64,000 nt of DNA, taken from positions 20,150,001-20,214,000 of the forward strand of contig NC_091995.1 of NCBI RefSeq assembly GCF_044704955.1. The letters are read 5' to 3'. The notes beneath the pieces were generated by a model, which saw only the letters and a program-made list of their open reading frames with translations, made no database searches and was not told where the DNA came from. This DNA comes from Pristiophorus japonicus. Taxonomy: Eukaryota. The translations under genes were made by a program, and so were the position numbers. Positions 1 through 12,510 of the stretch are shown one piece after another (position 1 is the first letter of the stretch; each line of letters starts with the position of its first letter).

Positions 1-2538
1 AACCGTTGGCTCTGCCCATGTGACAGGCTAATGTCTACACCCGTGTCTTTTCCATAACTAGAACAGAGTCTAGCACGTAGGCTTTGAAAGCTGCTTTCCA
101 TTATCTCAAATGTTCCAGTTTCAAGGCCATTACATCTCACTTTCTGTGGTTCTTCAACCACCGTATCTGAAGTCACAAGTTCAACTTATATTGTCCTTTG
201 TTCTAAACTGCTAAAGACTGCAGTTTTAACATTTTAATTTTTCCAAAGTCCCTTTTACACTTTCGCAGATAGCTCCCCACTTGTCCAGGAGTTTGACCTG
301 ATCCCCGAAGGTATTTCTAGATTGGTTCCAAACCTTTTAGTTCTTTTTTTAAAGAGATCAGATTTAACTTTTTATTTTAAATGTATTCATTTTGTTGTGC
401 CTTTTCTTAACCAGTGGTGCTTGAAACATTCACAACATTAACTCTTCACTGTTCCCATCCTAATTTCTGCTCCCCTTTTGAGTTATTTGTATTTAATTTT
501 GGATTACAACGTGTCAAATATGGTAATATTGTTTTTTTTTAAATCGGACTTCTCATTTATGCTTATAGTGATTCACAGATCACAGAATGCAAAGTACGTG
601 GTTTATAATTGTGTGCCCAACTTCTGTTTTAGAAGCTGAACATCAAAAACTCTAATCTTTTGCTCTGTAACTTCAATTTTATGATACAGTATCTCATAAA
701 TTACATCTTTTTAAGTTTCAGCTTCTGATGCAGTAGTTGTGTAATTTTATTAAAAAGGCTTACAAACCCAAGATTTTCCAATACAATCAAAATGTTTATC
801 AAGGAGAATCACCTGAAATATCTCAAAATCCCAATTCAAATATTGTACTGCCAATCTTTTATTTAAAACTCTTTTTACTGAGCTAGAAGCTTTCGCGACA
901 AGGTTTTATACAAAGGGAAATGGGGGCGTACTTCCCCAGACTTCAGCCTTGAGAGACCCACGCAGGCTTTTTAAAGGCATTACAATCTCCCTTCTACGTT
1001 CTTTATCTCATTCCTAGACTAAATTTATTGTCTTTCGACCCAATGTAATCAATGATTACATGTGTTGACAAGTGAGCATGTCAAAAAAAATTTTTTTAAA
1101 CCAACGGGACCACGCATTTTTTATCTTTTGATCAACAAACCTATCCTTTGTGCATTTCCTAGCTCCGTAACTTATCATCCAAATAAATCCACACCTGCGT
1201 CTCTAACTTAAAATGTAATTCAATTCTAGGTTCATACTTTCTTAAAGCTTCCCACATACAGGACAACACTGCAGCAAGGGTTTTAAAAAAAAACTTTCAC
1301 TCTGTCTGGAAAAAGTGGGTGGAGCCAAAACAAACAGACAGCTCCACCACTTTCTCAAACAGGCTTTCAGACACATGAAAAATTCATTAATTCCCACCTC
1401 AAATATTCCGCAGTCAAAAATTACACAAGCATTTTCATTCAAAGACAGACATTCACAAAAGTCTCTCTTCATTCAACAAAGTTTATTGTTTGGCCGGCTC
1501 TATTTTTGGATCCATACTTCACTTAAGATAGTCACTATCGTGTTTTTTTTATGGTCGTCAGAAAAATATCTACTAAGCGAGCCGTCCGTCCCCCAATCTA
1601 GTGTATCTTTACATGCCATTTCTACACTGGGTCCAGGAGATGTCGCTCGGTATCACGATCCTACGGTCTAAGTGTGTTCCCTACACCTACTTGATCCTGG
1701 CCGTCACATGGGACTAAGTCCTCTTAATTCAGGTTCAGGCTAGGCGTTTGAGATATTAGACCGTCTGCTCGTGTTGATCAACCAGCGTCCTCCTTCAGCA
1801 CCCGTTTCTCGTTACTGTCACACACTTGGTTAGGATTTTGCCGCTTCCCCGGCTACACCGACCCGCACCACTCCTCGAGTCTGTCCCCACTTGTTCTTTG
1901 GTCGTGATCTTGTCAAATTCCACAGTCCGTTTTGAGCACTCTAATTTATGGGTGGTAAATGAAAAGTACTCGCCCTCTTTCGCTCAACGTTCCTGGGGAA
2001 TGGCAAGACGTCACGACCCTGCTCGCTGCACCAAAATGTGGTGACCGAGGAGTGGACCAAGTGATATACAGGGTCCACACTCAGGTAGAGACGACAGACT
2101 TCGGTATATGGTTCAAAATGGTCTTCAATCGCAGGCCTGGGGGAGAACCTTCCGAGACTGCCCTCGGATACAACTCCGCCGGTTAATCTTTATGTTAGTC
2201 TTTTATACCTTATTAGTACAAGCTTATCTCACAGGCAAAGCCTGCAGCTCAGCATTTCTCTAACTAAATCATTGTGTGTCTACATTCCTTTAGAATTACA
2301 TTTCATCATATCTTATCTTGTACAGATAGTAACAGTGTCTTGTGCTACCAGTCCCAAGGTCTCATCTACTTGACTGGTTCCTATCTATTCTACCGTTAGC
2401 TTGCTGTCTTGTTTGTTAGCTTTTGTGAGTTACAATTAATACATGATGATTGATGCAGTGTTTTCTTCACCCTGGCTTCCATGCGCTTTAAATGATCACA
2501 GGATATGCACTTTTCCTTGGGGCTTTATGTATACTTCA
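1..2538 (-). mobile_element. ERV-like LTR retroelement, 5' end: LTR 2037-2538, PBS 2016-2033, decayed internal region running off the window start
   Basis: Minus-strand TGGTGCAGCGAGCAGGGT (2033-2016) matches 17/18 the complement of the vertebrate tRNA-Ser(TGA) 3' end as recalled. It sits 3 nt from a 502-bp TG...CA segment with TATAAAA on the minus strand (~2201-2207). The other LTR end abuts a CR1 3' end. No intact internal ORF. Confidence 0.7.
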
Positions 2539-2680
2539 GGGATCAAGGGGTATGGAGAGAAAGCAGGAATGGGGTACTGAGGTGAATGATCAGCCATGAT
2601 CTAATTGAATGGTGATGCAGGCTCAAAGGGCCGAATGGCCGACTCCTGCACCTATTTTCTATGCTTCGATGTTTCTATGA
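2539..2680 (+). mobile_element. CR1 LINE 3' tail
   Basis: GGATCAAGGGGTATGGAGAGAAAGCAGG...TTTCTATG tail, near-identical to the end of the CR1 at 29955-30093. Confidence 0.85.
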
Positions 2681-3263
2681 GTATTTCCAGCATTGTCTCT
2701 TTTTATTTCAGCTTAATGTCGGTGGTCAGGGAACTTTACGAAACAACAATCTGAGGCAAATTGTGTTTGACTAACTTGCTTGAATTTTTTGATGAGGTAA
2801 CGGAGAGGGTGGATCAGGGCAGTGCAGTTGATGTGTGTTTGGACTTTCAAAAGAAGTTTGATAAAGTACCACATATTAGGTATGTTAGAAAAATTGAAGC
2901 CGGTGGGTTACAAGGGGCAGTAACAGTGTGGATATAAAATTGCCTGAGGGATAGAAAACAGAGAGTTGTGGTGAATGGCTGTTTTTCGGACTGGATGGAG
3001 ATATACAGTGGAGTTCCCCACAGTTCAGTACTGCACCACTGCTGTTCTTGATATACATTAATGACTGGGACTTGCGAGTACAGAGCACAATTTTGAAATG
3101 TGCAAATGACTTAAAACTTGGAAATGTAGTAAAGTGAGGAAGATAGTAATAGACTTCAAAAGGACAGAGACAGGTTGGTGGAATGGGGGGAGACATGGCA
3201 GGTGAAATTCAACACAGAAAAATGTGGTGATATATTTTTCTGGGAAGAATGAGGAGAGACAAC

Positions 3264-4034
3264 GGCCCAGAAATCCCAGTTTCTCCTTCCCACGGGTGAT
3301 CGACTGGATCCTAGAAAAAAGATGCGCACTTACCAGAACCTGCTGCGCCCACGAGAGATCCCGGTCCTGAGGCCTCCACTGACTGCGTGTTGGAGCGCGT
3401 GCACGTCAGGACATGCGCAGGGCTGGAGCTGCAGTCACATGGCTCTGGGCAGCCAATCAAGGTAAAGTATGTTCTCATTCATAATAATGGGAACTCCGTA
3501 AGTTGGAGATTCCATTATTATGAATGAGAAACCCCCCCAAACACACAAAACATTAATAAAAAAAGAGAAAAACTACACTACATATTTAACATTAATTTAA
3601 ATTAAAGTTATTTAGGTATTATTAAAACAAATTATTTTTAGGAATTGTTTAAAAGATTTTTAATTATGTTTTAAAATAAATTTAACGTATCGGGCAGGGT
3701 TTTTAAAATAAAGTATTTTAAATATTATTTTTTGTTTTAAGTGTGTTTTAAAACTCCTGTACCTGTAAAAGTAGGCTATGTGCCTGCTTTTATCAGGCGC
3801 AAGAGTTTCCAGGACCACCACTGGACAAGATATGGGTAAATACCCCAATCTTGCCCTTGCCAATGTCCTGGATGTGGAGATGTGGAGGATCTGTCAGGCT
3901 CCAGCTCCAGCTTGACAGATCGGAAAAGTCGGTTTTCAGCACATGCGCATTGTGTGCTGAAAACCGGCTTTCGTGATGCCTTCCCCGGTCTGTACACACT
4001 CCGTACGGACCCGGGAGGCCGGGATTTCTGGGCC
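3264..4034. mobile_element. Non-autonomous DNA transposon (MITE), possibly PIF/Harbinger-type
   Basis: Perfect 14-bp TIR GGCCCAGAAATCCC (3264-3277) / GGGATTTCTGGGCC (4021-4034); splits the CR1; internal hairpins and an AT-rich core. Confidence 0.8.
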
Positions 4035-4150
4035 ATTACATGCTAAATGGTACAAGTGTAAAGGGGGTGCAGGGAGAGAGTGTTCTGGGGATGTTTGTGC
4101 ACAAATCTTTGAAGGTGACACACCAGGTTATCTGAGCAGTTAATGAAGTA

Positions 4151-4448
4151 CAGGTTGTACCTCCCTTATCCAGGACTCCCTTATCCAGCACCACCCCTCG
4201 TCCGGCATGATTCTGGTGTCTGGGGGCGCATGCACAGAACGCGGCCGACTTTGGGGCCCGCCGACACTCGGCCCACCAGGGGCCCGCCGACACTTCCCTG
4301 CCCCCCCCCCCTCCAAACCCCTACCCCCCTCCTAACCTCAGGCCGCCTCCGCGCATCCCCCCTCGGTGTGACCTCCCTTTATCCGGCAAAAACCCTTATT
4401 CGGCACAGGCCTGGTCCCGAGGGAGCCGGATAAGGGAGGTTTAACCTG
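4151..4448. mobile_element. Tc1/mariner (Tigger/pogo-like) MITE
   Basis: TIR CAGGTTGTACCTCCCTTATCC / GGATAAGGGAGGTTTAACCTG with TA on both flanks. Confidence 0.85.
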
Positions 4449-4754
4449 TATATGTGACCCCGGGTTTATAAATAGAGGCAGAGAATACACAAGCCAGGAA
4501 GTTATACGAAACCGATATAAAACACTAATTCTGCTCCAGCTGGTGTATTGTGTCCAATTCTGGGCACCACAATTTAGGAAAGAGGTGAAGACTTTGGAGA
4601 GGGTACAGAAAAGATTTACGAGAATGGTTCCCGGGATGAGGGATTACAGTTACACAGATAGACTAGAGAAGCTGAGGTTGTTCTCCTTAGAGCAGAGAAG
4701 GCTAAGAGGAGATTTGATGGAGGTGGTTAAATTTATGAAGGTTTAGATAGACCA

Positions 4755-4886
4755 CTATCGCTTAACCAGGCTGGCCAAGTGGTTGTCCGTGAAGTTCTCC
4801 TTGGTGGGGTTGGAGGGACGTCTCCGGGACCTCAGCTGCTGTCTCGCATGGAGCTGCTGGCGGAGCTCGGAGATACGCTCTTCTTT
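4755..4886 (-). pseudogene. GABBR1: Orphan terminal exon of GABA-B receptor 1
   Basis: After a polypyrimidine tract and CAG acceptor it reads [43 protein letters not shown], matching the human GABBR1 C-terminal [22 protein letters not shown] (RSRR ER-retention signal). No other GABBR1 exons seen; abuts CR1 just after the stop. Confidence 0.8.
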
Positions 4887-5044
4887 CTGTGGGGCACGGA
4901 ACCAGGAAAACAGGACGAGCGGTTAGAGCGAGATTGGGCGTGTGGTCAGTGCACGGGGACTTATTCCCACACGTTGGGCGAGTGGTTCAGGAAATCGCAG
5001 GCCCCGTGATTCTCCAGCCATTAAACGTCTGCAGCCCACTCACT

Positions 5045-8000
5045 GCCCTCTGACCCCCCCTCACCGCCCTCTGACCCCCCCTCACCGCCCTCTGACCCCC
5101 CCTCGCCGCCCTCTGACCCCCCTCGCCGACCTCTGACCCCCCCTCGCCGCCCTCTGACCCCCCTCGCCGCCCTCTGACCCCCCCTCGCCGCCCTCTGACC
5201 CCCCCTCGCCGCCCTCTGACCCCCCCTCGCCGCCCTCTGACCCCCCCTCGCCGCCCTCTGACCCCCCCTCGCCGCCCTCTGACCCCCCCTCGCCGCCCTC
5301 TGACCCCCCCTCGCCGCCCTCTGACCCCCCCTCGCCGCCCTCTGACCCCCCCTCGCCGCCCTCTGACCCCCCCTCGCCGCCCTCTGACCCCCCCTCGCCG
5401 CCCTCTGACCCCCCCTCGCCGCCCTCTGACCCCCCCTCGCCGCCCTCTGACCCCCCCTCGCCGCCCTCTGACCCCCCCTCGCCGCCCTCTGACCCCCCCT
5501 CGCCGCCCTCTGATCCCCCCTCGCCGCCCTCTGACCCCCCCTCGCCGCCCTCTGACCCCCCCTCGCCGCCCTCTGACCCCCCTCGCCGCCCTCTGACCCC
5601 CCCTCGCCGCCCTCTGACCCCCCCTCGCCGCCCTCTGACCCCCCCTCGCCGCCCTCTGACCCCCCCTCGCCGCCCTCTGACCCCCCCTCGCCGCCCTCTG
5701 ACCCCCCCTCGCCGCCCTCTGACCCCCCCTCGCCGCCCTCTGACCCCCCCTCGCCGCCCTCTGACCCCCCTCGCCGCCCTCTGACCCCCCCTCGCCGCCC
5801 TCTGACCCCCCCTCGCCGCCCTCTGACCCCCCCTCGCCGCCCTCTGACCCCCCCTCGCCGCCCTCTGACCCCCCCTCGCCGCCCTCTGACCCCCCCTCGC
5901 CGCCCTCTGACCCCCCCTCGCCGCCCTCTGACCCCCCCTCGCCGCCCTCTGACCCCCCCTCGCCGCCCTCTGACCCCCCCTCGCCGCCCTCTGACCCCCC
6001 CTCGCCGCCCTCTGACCCCCCCTCGCCGCCCTCTGACCCCCCCTCGCCGCCCTCTGACCCCCCCTCGCCGCCCTCTGACCCCCCCTCGCCGCCCTCTGAC
6101 CCCCCTCGCCGCCCTCTGACCCCCCCTCGCCGCCCTCTGACCCCCCTCGCCGCCCTCTGACCCCCCCTCGCCGCCCTCTGACCCCCCCTCGCCGCCCTCT
6201 GACCCCCCCTCGCCGCCCTCTGACCCCCCCTCGCCGCCCTCTGACCCCCCCTCGCCGCCCTCTGACCCCCCCTCGCCGCCCTCTGACCCCCCCTCGCCGC
6301 CCTCTGACCCCCCCTCGCCGCCCTCTGACCCCCCCTCGCCGCCCTCTGACCCCCCCTCGCCGCCCTCTGACCCCCCCTCGCCGCCCTCTGACCCCCCCTC
6401 GCCGCCCTCTGACCCCCCCTCGCCGCCCTCTGACCCCCCCTCGCCGCCCTCTGACCCCCCCTCGCCGCCCTCTGACCCCCCCTCGCCGCCCTCTGACCCC
6501 CCCTCGCCGCCCTCTGACCCCCCCTCGCCGCCCTCTGACCCCCCCTCGCCGCCCTCTGACCCCCCCTCGCCGCCCTCTGACCCCCCCTCGCCGCCCTCTG
6601 ACCCCCCCTCGCCGCCCTCTGACCCCCCCTCGCCGCCCTCTGACCCCCCCTCGCCGCCCTCTGACCCCCCTCGCCGCCCTCTGACCCCCCCTCGCCGCCC
6701 TCTGACCCCCCCTCGCCGCCCTCTGACCCCCCCTCGCCGCCCTCTGACCCCCCCTCGCCGCCCTCTGACCCCCCCTCGCCGCCCTCTGACCCCCCCTCGC
6801 CGCCCTCTGACCCCCCCTCGCCGCCCTCTGACCCCCCCTCGCCGCCCTCTGACCCCCCCTCGCCGCCCTCTGACCCCCCCTCGCCGCCCTCTGACCCCCC
6901 CTCGCCGCCCTCTGACCCCCCCTCGCCGCCCTCTGACCCCCCCTCGCCGCCCTCTGACCCCCCCTCGCCGCCCTCTGACCCCCCCTCGCCGCCCTCTGAC
7001 CCCCCCTCGCCGCCCTCTGACCCCCCCTCGCCGCCCTCTGACCCCCCCTCGCCGCCCTCTGACCCCCCCTCGCCGCCCTCTGACCCCCCCTCGCCGCCCT
7101 CTGACCCCCCCTCGCCGCCCTCTGACCCCCCCTCGCCGCCCTCTGACCCCCCCTCGCCGCCCTCTGACCCCCCCTCGCCGCCCTCTGACCCCCCCTCGCC
7201 GCCCTCTGACCCCCCCTCGCCGCCCTCTGACCCCCCCTCGCCGCCCTCTGACCCCCCCTCGCCGCCCTCTGACCCCCCCTCGCCGCCCTCTGACCCCCCC
7301 TCGCCGCCCTCTGACCCCCCCTCGCCGCCCTCTGACCCCCCCTCGCCGCCCTCTGACCCCCCCTCGCCGCCCTCTGACCCCCCCTCGCCGCCCTCTGACC
7401 CCCCCTCGCCGCCCTCTGACCCCCCCTCGCCGCCCTCTGACCCCCCCTCGCCGCCCTCTGACCCCCCCTCGCCGCCCTCTGACCCCCCCTCGCCGCCCTC
7501 TGACCCCCCCTCGCCGCCCTCTGACCCCCCCTCGCCGCCCTCTGACCCCCCCTCGCCGCCCTCTGACCCCCCCTCGCCGCCCTCTGACCCCCCCTCGCCG
7601 CCCTCTGACCCCCCCTCGCCGCCCTCTGACCCCCCCTCGCCGCCCTCTGACCCCCCCTCGCCGCCCTCTGACCCCCCCTCGCCGCCCTCTGACCCCCCCT
7701 CGCCGCCCTCTGACCCCCCCTCGCCGCCCTCTGACCCCCCCTCGCCGCCCTCTGACCCCCCCTCGCCGCCCTCTGACCCCCCCTCGCCGCCCTCTGACCC
7801 CCCCTCGCCGCCCTCTGACCCCCCCTCGCCGCCCTCTGACCCCCCCTCGCCGCCCTCTGACCCCCCCTCGCCGCCCTCTGACCCCCCCTCGCCGCCCTCT
7901 GACCCCCCCTCGCCGCCCTCTGACCCCCCCTCGCCGCCCTCTGACCCCCCCTCGCCGCCCTCTGACCCCCCCTCGCCGCCCTCTGACCCCCCCTCGCCGC

Positions 8001-8425
8001 CCTCTGACCCCCCCTCGCCGCCCTCTGACCCCCCCTCGCCGCCCTCTGACCCCCCCTCGCCGCCCTCTGACCCCCCCTCGCCGCCCTCTGACCCCCCCTC
8101 GCCGCCCTCTGACCCCCCCTCGCCGCCCTCTGACCCCCCCTCGCCGCCCTCTGACCCCCCCTCGCCGCCCTCTGACCCCCCCTCGCCGCCCTCTGACCCC
8201 CCCTCGCCGCCCTCTGACCCCCCCTCGCCGCCCTCTGACCCCCCCTCGCCGCCCTCTGACCCCCCCTCGCCGCCCTCTGACCCCCCCTCGCCGCCCTCTG
8301 ACCCCCCCTCGCCGCCCTCTGACCCCCCTCGCCGCCCTCTGACCCCCCCTCGCCGCCCTCTGACCCCCCCTCGCCGCCCTCTGACCCCCCCTCGCCGCCC
8401 TCTGACCCCCCCTCGCCGCCCTCTG
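5045..8425. repeat. 21-bp minisatellite (CTGACCCCCCCTCGCCGCCCT)n, about 160 copies
   Basis: Directly visible, nearly invariant apart from C-run length. Confidence 0.98.
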
Positions 8426-9280
8426 AGCCCCCTCACCGCCCTCTGTTCCCCCCCCTCACCGCCCTCTGTTCCCCCCCCCCACCGCCCTCTGTTCCCCCCC
8501 CTCACCGCCCTCTGTTCCCCCCCCCACCCCCCCCACCGCCCTCTGTTCCCCCCCCTCACCGCCCTCTGTTCCCCCCCTCACCGCCCTCTGTTCCCCTCAC
8601 CGCCCTCTGTTCCCCCCCCCCCACCGCCCTCTGTTCCCCCCCCTCACCGCCCTCTGTTCCCCCCCTCACCGCCCTCTGTTCCCCCCCCCACCCCCCCCAC
8701 CGCCCTCTGTTCCCCCCCCTCACCGCCCTCTGTTCCCCCCCCTCACCGCCCTCTGTTCCCCCCCCTCACCGCCCTCTGTTCCCCCCCCTCACCGCCCTCT
8801 GTTCCCCCCCCTCACCGCCCTCTGTTCCCCCCCCTCACCGCCCTCTGTTCCCCCCCCTCACCGCCCTCTGTTCCCCCCCCTCACCGCCCTCTGTTCCCCC
8901 CCCTCACCGCCCTCTGTTCCCCCCCCTCTGTTCCCCCCCCTCACCGCCCTCTGTTCCCCCCCCTCACCGCCCTCTGTTCCCCCCCCTCACCGCCCTCTGT
9001 TCCCCCCCCTCACCGCCCTCTGTTCCCCCCCCTCACCGCCCTCTGTTCCCCCCCTCACCCCCACTCTGTTCCCCCCCTCACCCCCCTCTGTTCCCCCCCC
9101 TCACCCCCCTCTGTTCCCCCCCTCACCCCCACTCTGTTCCCCCCCCTCACCGCCCTCTGTTCCCCCCCCTCACCCCCCTCTGTTCCCCCCCCTCACCCCC
9201 CTCTGTCCCCCCCCTCACCGCCCTCTGTTCGCCCCCCTCACCGCCCTCTGTTCCCCCCCTCACCGCCCTCTGTCTCCGCC
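8426..9280. repeat. Related ~23-bp minisatellite (CCGCCCTCTGTTCCCCCCCCTCA)n
   Basis: Directly visible variant contiguous with the 21-mer array. Confidence 0.95.
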
Positions 9281-10244
9281 CTCGAGTGTTTCAGACCACA
9301 CAGACGCAAGCTCGAGATCCCACGACTGGCCTGATGTGTGTATTGTCCTTCTCCACAAGGTTTCTGTGTCATGTGTTCTGGGGGTTAAAGACCGACTGTT
9401 CAGTGACTTTTATTACTGGACCTGACGTAAATGTTGCCCCAGCTGGAGGATGGACCATCCAATGAAAATGTTAATGTGCGGAGAGAATCCGTTGCTAATG
9501 CCGTGTGGGTCTTCAGAACTGAGATGTTATTTAATCCCCTTGTGTTACATCCAGCTGTTGTGTGGGGGCTTTTGCAACACGGGCAGAGGTGTAAAACGGG
9601 CAGTATCGCCTCGGTCACCCGTTATACGCCCGGCCCAATATTCAGTTCCGTTGATGTAAATAGCACTCAATATTGGGCGTGTGGTATAACGGGCACCAAA
9701 TACAATTCCACCTGTTTTGTGTCCCACCACCTAAGTCCAATTCCACCCCTACGGTCTATTGAACAAAGGGTCAGAGCTGCAGACGTCACAGTTCCGTTGC
9801 TCCTCTCTGCTTTCTTGGTCTGCACAGACCCGTTGTCTTATTACGGATGGCAACTCAACCCATTATCACCCGATTCATTTTTATTTCAGAATGTTATGAC
9901 CGTCTTATCTGTATCGTTCTGAAAGAGTCTTATTTGCTTCTTGAGTCCTGCCGTGTCAGATTGTACAAACCGCTACTTTAGAGCGTCGCAGTGGATTGGA
10001 CGACCCGTATTGTTCTGTTATGTTGGAAAGTGAATGGTGATCATTTCTACCTTGTACATTGCACAAACCCATCAGGATTTGATATCTCAAGATGCATGGA
10101 TGGCTTTAACACCCCGCTCACTGTAATTGGTAAGGACGTATTTATAATAAAATGTTTGTGTATTCTGTTACACTACCTTGTAGTTTCTGCAATGTGTTAG
10201 CGAAGTTATAAATGAGTGGAAAGATTTTTTACTGATGTTGGAAA

Positions 10245-10590
10245 ATCAGTGGTAGCCGCTCAGGGAGAAGGTCGTGGGTTCAAGTGCCACTCCAGGAACT
10301 TGAACCCAAAATCTAGGCTGGCACACCAGTGCAGTACTGAGGGAGTGCAACACTGTCGGAGGTGCCATCTTTCAGCCATGACACGATTTCTCATCGAGCA
10401 GGGGACTTCTCCCTGGTATCCTGGTCTATATTATGTGGCCCTTTATCTCTTGCTGTGCACAAATCGATCACCGTGTTTCCTACAATACAACAGTGACTAC
10501 ACTTCAAAAGTAATTCATTGGCTGTAAAGTGATTTGGGAAATCCTGAGTTTGTGAAAGGCGCTATAGAAATGCAAGTCTTTCTCTTTTTA
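10245..10590 (+). mobile_element. tRNA-derived SINE (DeuSINE/SacSINE1-like)
   Basis: B-box-like GGGTTCAAGT, CAGTGCAGTACTGAGGGAG core, AAAGGCGCTATAGAAATGCAAGTCTTTC tail; second copy at 41930-42980. Confidence 0.75.
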
Positions 10591-11183
10591 TCTATTTCTT
10601 TCATTATTTCTTTCATTTTCTCTCTCTCGAAGAGCAACAATGAACCCAACACCCTTTCCCTTGACCATCCTTGTCTTGTGTTCCCAGTGGGGTCCCGCCA
10701 GCTGACCACACAAAGTTCATCCCAACATTCCGGTACTTATCCCAGAAACTCTGTGTGGGGCTGGCTCCTGGCTGGGCTTCCCACACTGATACATGGAAAT
10801 ATCAGGCGGTTTCACATCACGAATACGGTTTGGTTTCTGAGCCAAGTTTCGGAGCTGTGAAGACAAATCGCCCCAGCGCCACAAATTCAATCGGTTAAAA
10901 TAAACTGAACTCAATTTTACCCATTTCTACTGGGTGTTATCCTGAAGGGATATTGCTGCATGTTGGTTCAAAATGTGTGTCCATCATTATTGGAAACAAT
11001 TTTGTTTTCTTTCAACAGAAGGACCACCGATATATGTCCAAGTGGAGATGGGGTGTGACTTGGTGGGGAACTTGGGGGTGGTGGTGTTCCCATGCACCTG
11101 CTGCTCTTGTCCTTCTCGGTGGTGGGGGTCAGGGGTCAGGGAGGTTCTGTTGTAGAATGCTTGGCGAGTTGCTGCATGTGATG

Positions 11184-11327
11184 GAGGGAGTGGGTGTTTA
11201 AGGTGGGGGAGGGAGTGGGTGTTTAAGGTGGGGGAGGGAGTGGGTATTTAAGGTGGGGGAGGGAGTGGGTGTTTAAGGTGGGGGAGGGAGTGGGTGTTTA
11301 AGGTGGGGGAGGGAGTGGGTGTTTAAG
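11184..11327. repeat. 25-bp G-rich tandem repeat, about 6 copies
   Basis: GAGGGAGTGGGTGTTTAAGGTGGGG repeated. Confidence 0.95.
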
Positions 11328-12079
11328 CTGTTGAATGGGCTGCTGATCAAGCTGACTGCTTTGTCTTCTATGGTGTTTGGATATTTATATATGTGTAAAT
11401 TATATTTAAAATTCCTGTTCAAATAAAGTCACTTTTCAAATGCACCCATTGTCATTTAAGAACATATTCTTCCTGTGACCATAAACGCTGTTGCCTCCAA
11501 TTACAAGGGATAGAACTGGTGGTACTGTTGGTTACAGAGAAAACAATTATTTATTTAACCTAAGTGTATGAAATTTTGCTTTTCATTGTGTGATTGACAC
11601 TCAGAACTCGCAGCAATTGAATATCTTTGGGAATGTTAAAGAACCCCCACTTTTGACCTATCATTGGATATCAGGATACCTTCATTGCGTATTACAGTAA
11701 ATGGGACATTTTCACCAGTAGGTATTTTCTCAAAACATGACCACCAATGTTGAAACAATGTAAAGGTGTGTGTGAACTTCCATGGTTGGAGATTGGGAAG
11801 CTGTGCAATACCAGGTCAACATCTTGGCAGAACCACACTGCCGGCTGGTGACCAAATGAGTCCCTTCAGCACCTGGTTATATCTGTGGAGATGACCAAAG
11901 ACACCAACAGTCAACACGGCACGCTGTCTGTCATCTGCTGGCAGCCTCTCACTTTACCGGGCTGACACACCCCTTAACCCATGCTTTTCTGTTTCTGTCC
12001 ATGCACATCGAGTACAATCTACAAAAACAATCTGATCAACAAATGTAACAAGATCAGGTTAGGATCAAAGTGCATCGGG

Positions 12080-12510
12080 ACATAGGAAGAGGAAGAGGAC
12101 ATACAGTCTCTCGAGCCTGTTCCATCATTCACTTTGACCATGGCTGATCTATATCGTAACTCCATTTATCTGGTTTGGTTCCATATCCCTTCAGACCCTC
12201 ACCTAACAAAAATCTGTCAAAGTCGGTTATGAAATTTTCAATCAACAACCTGACTCAACAGCTTTTTGGGGAAGAGAGTTCCATATTTCCACTACCCTCT
12301 GTGTGAAGAGGTGCTTCCTGACATCACCCCTGAATTTAATGGCTCTAATTTTAATGTTATGCCCCTTGTTCTGGAATCCCCCACCAGAGGAAATAATTTC
12401 TGGTCAATCTGTGCTGCACCCTCTCCAAGGCCAACATATCCTTCCTGAGATGTGGGGCCCAGAACTGAGCGCAGTGCTCCAGATGTGGTCTGACCAGAGC
12501 CTTATACAAC
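12080..12510 (-). mobile_element. CR1 3' fragment
   Basis: Reverse complement of the CR1 C-terminal region and 3' UTR. Confidence 0.7.

Larger units (their letters stand above)
2760..4750 (+). mobile_element. Old CR1 RT fragment, interrupted by two MITEs
   Basis: CLTNLLEFFDEVT, DFQKxFDKVPH and YCVQFWAPQFRK...LFSLEQRRLRGDL motifs in collinear pieces. Confidence 0.8.

Noticed and set aside
4987-8559. 1190-aa Gly/Glu/Arg-rich ORF
   Set aside because: Translation of a stop-free minisatellite; the frame wanders with C-run length
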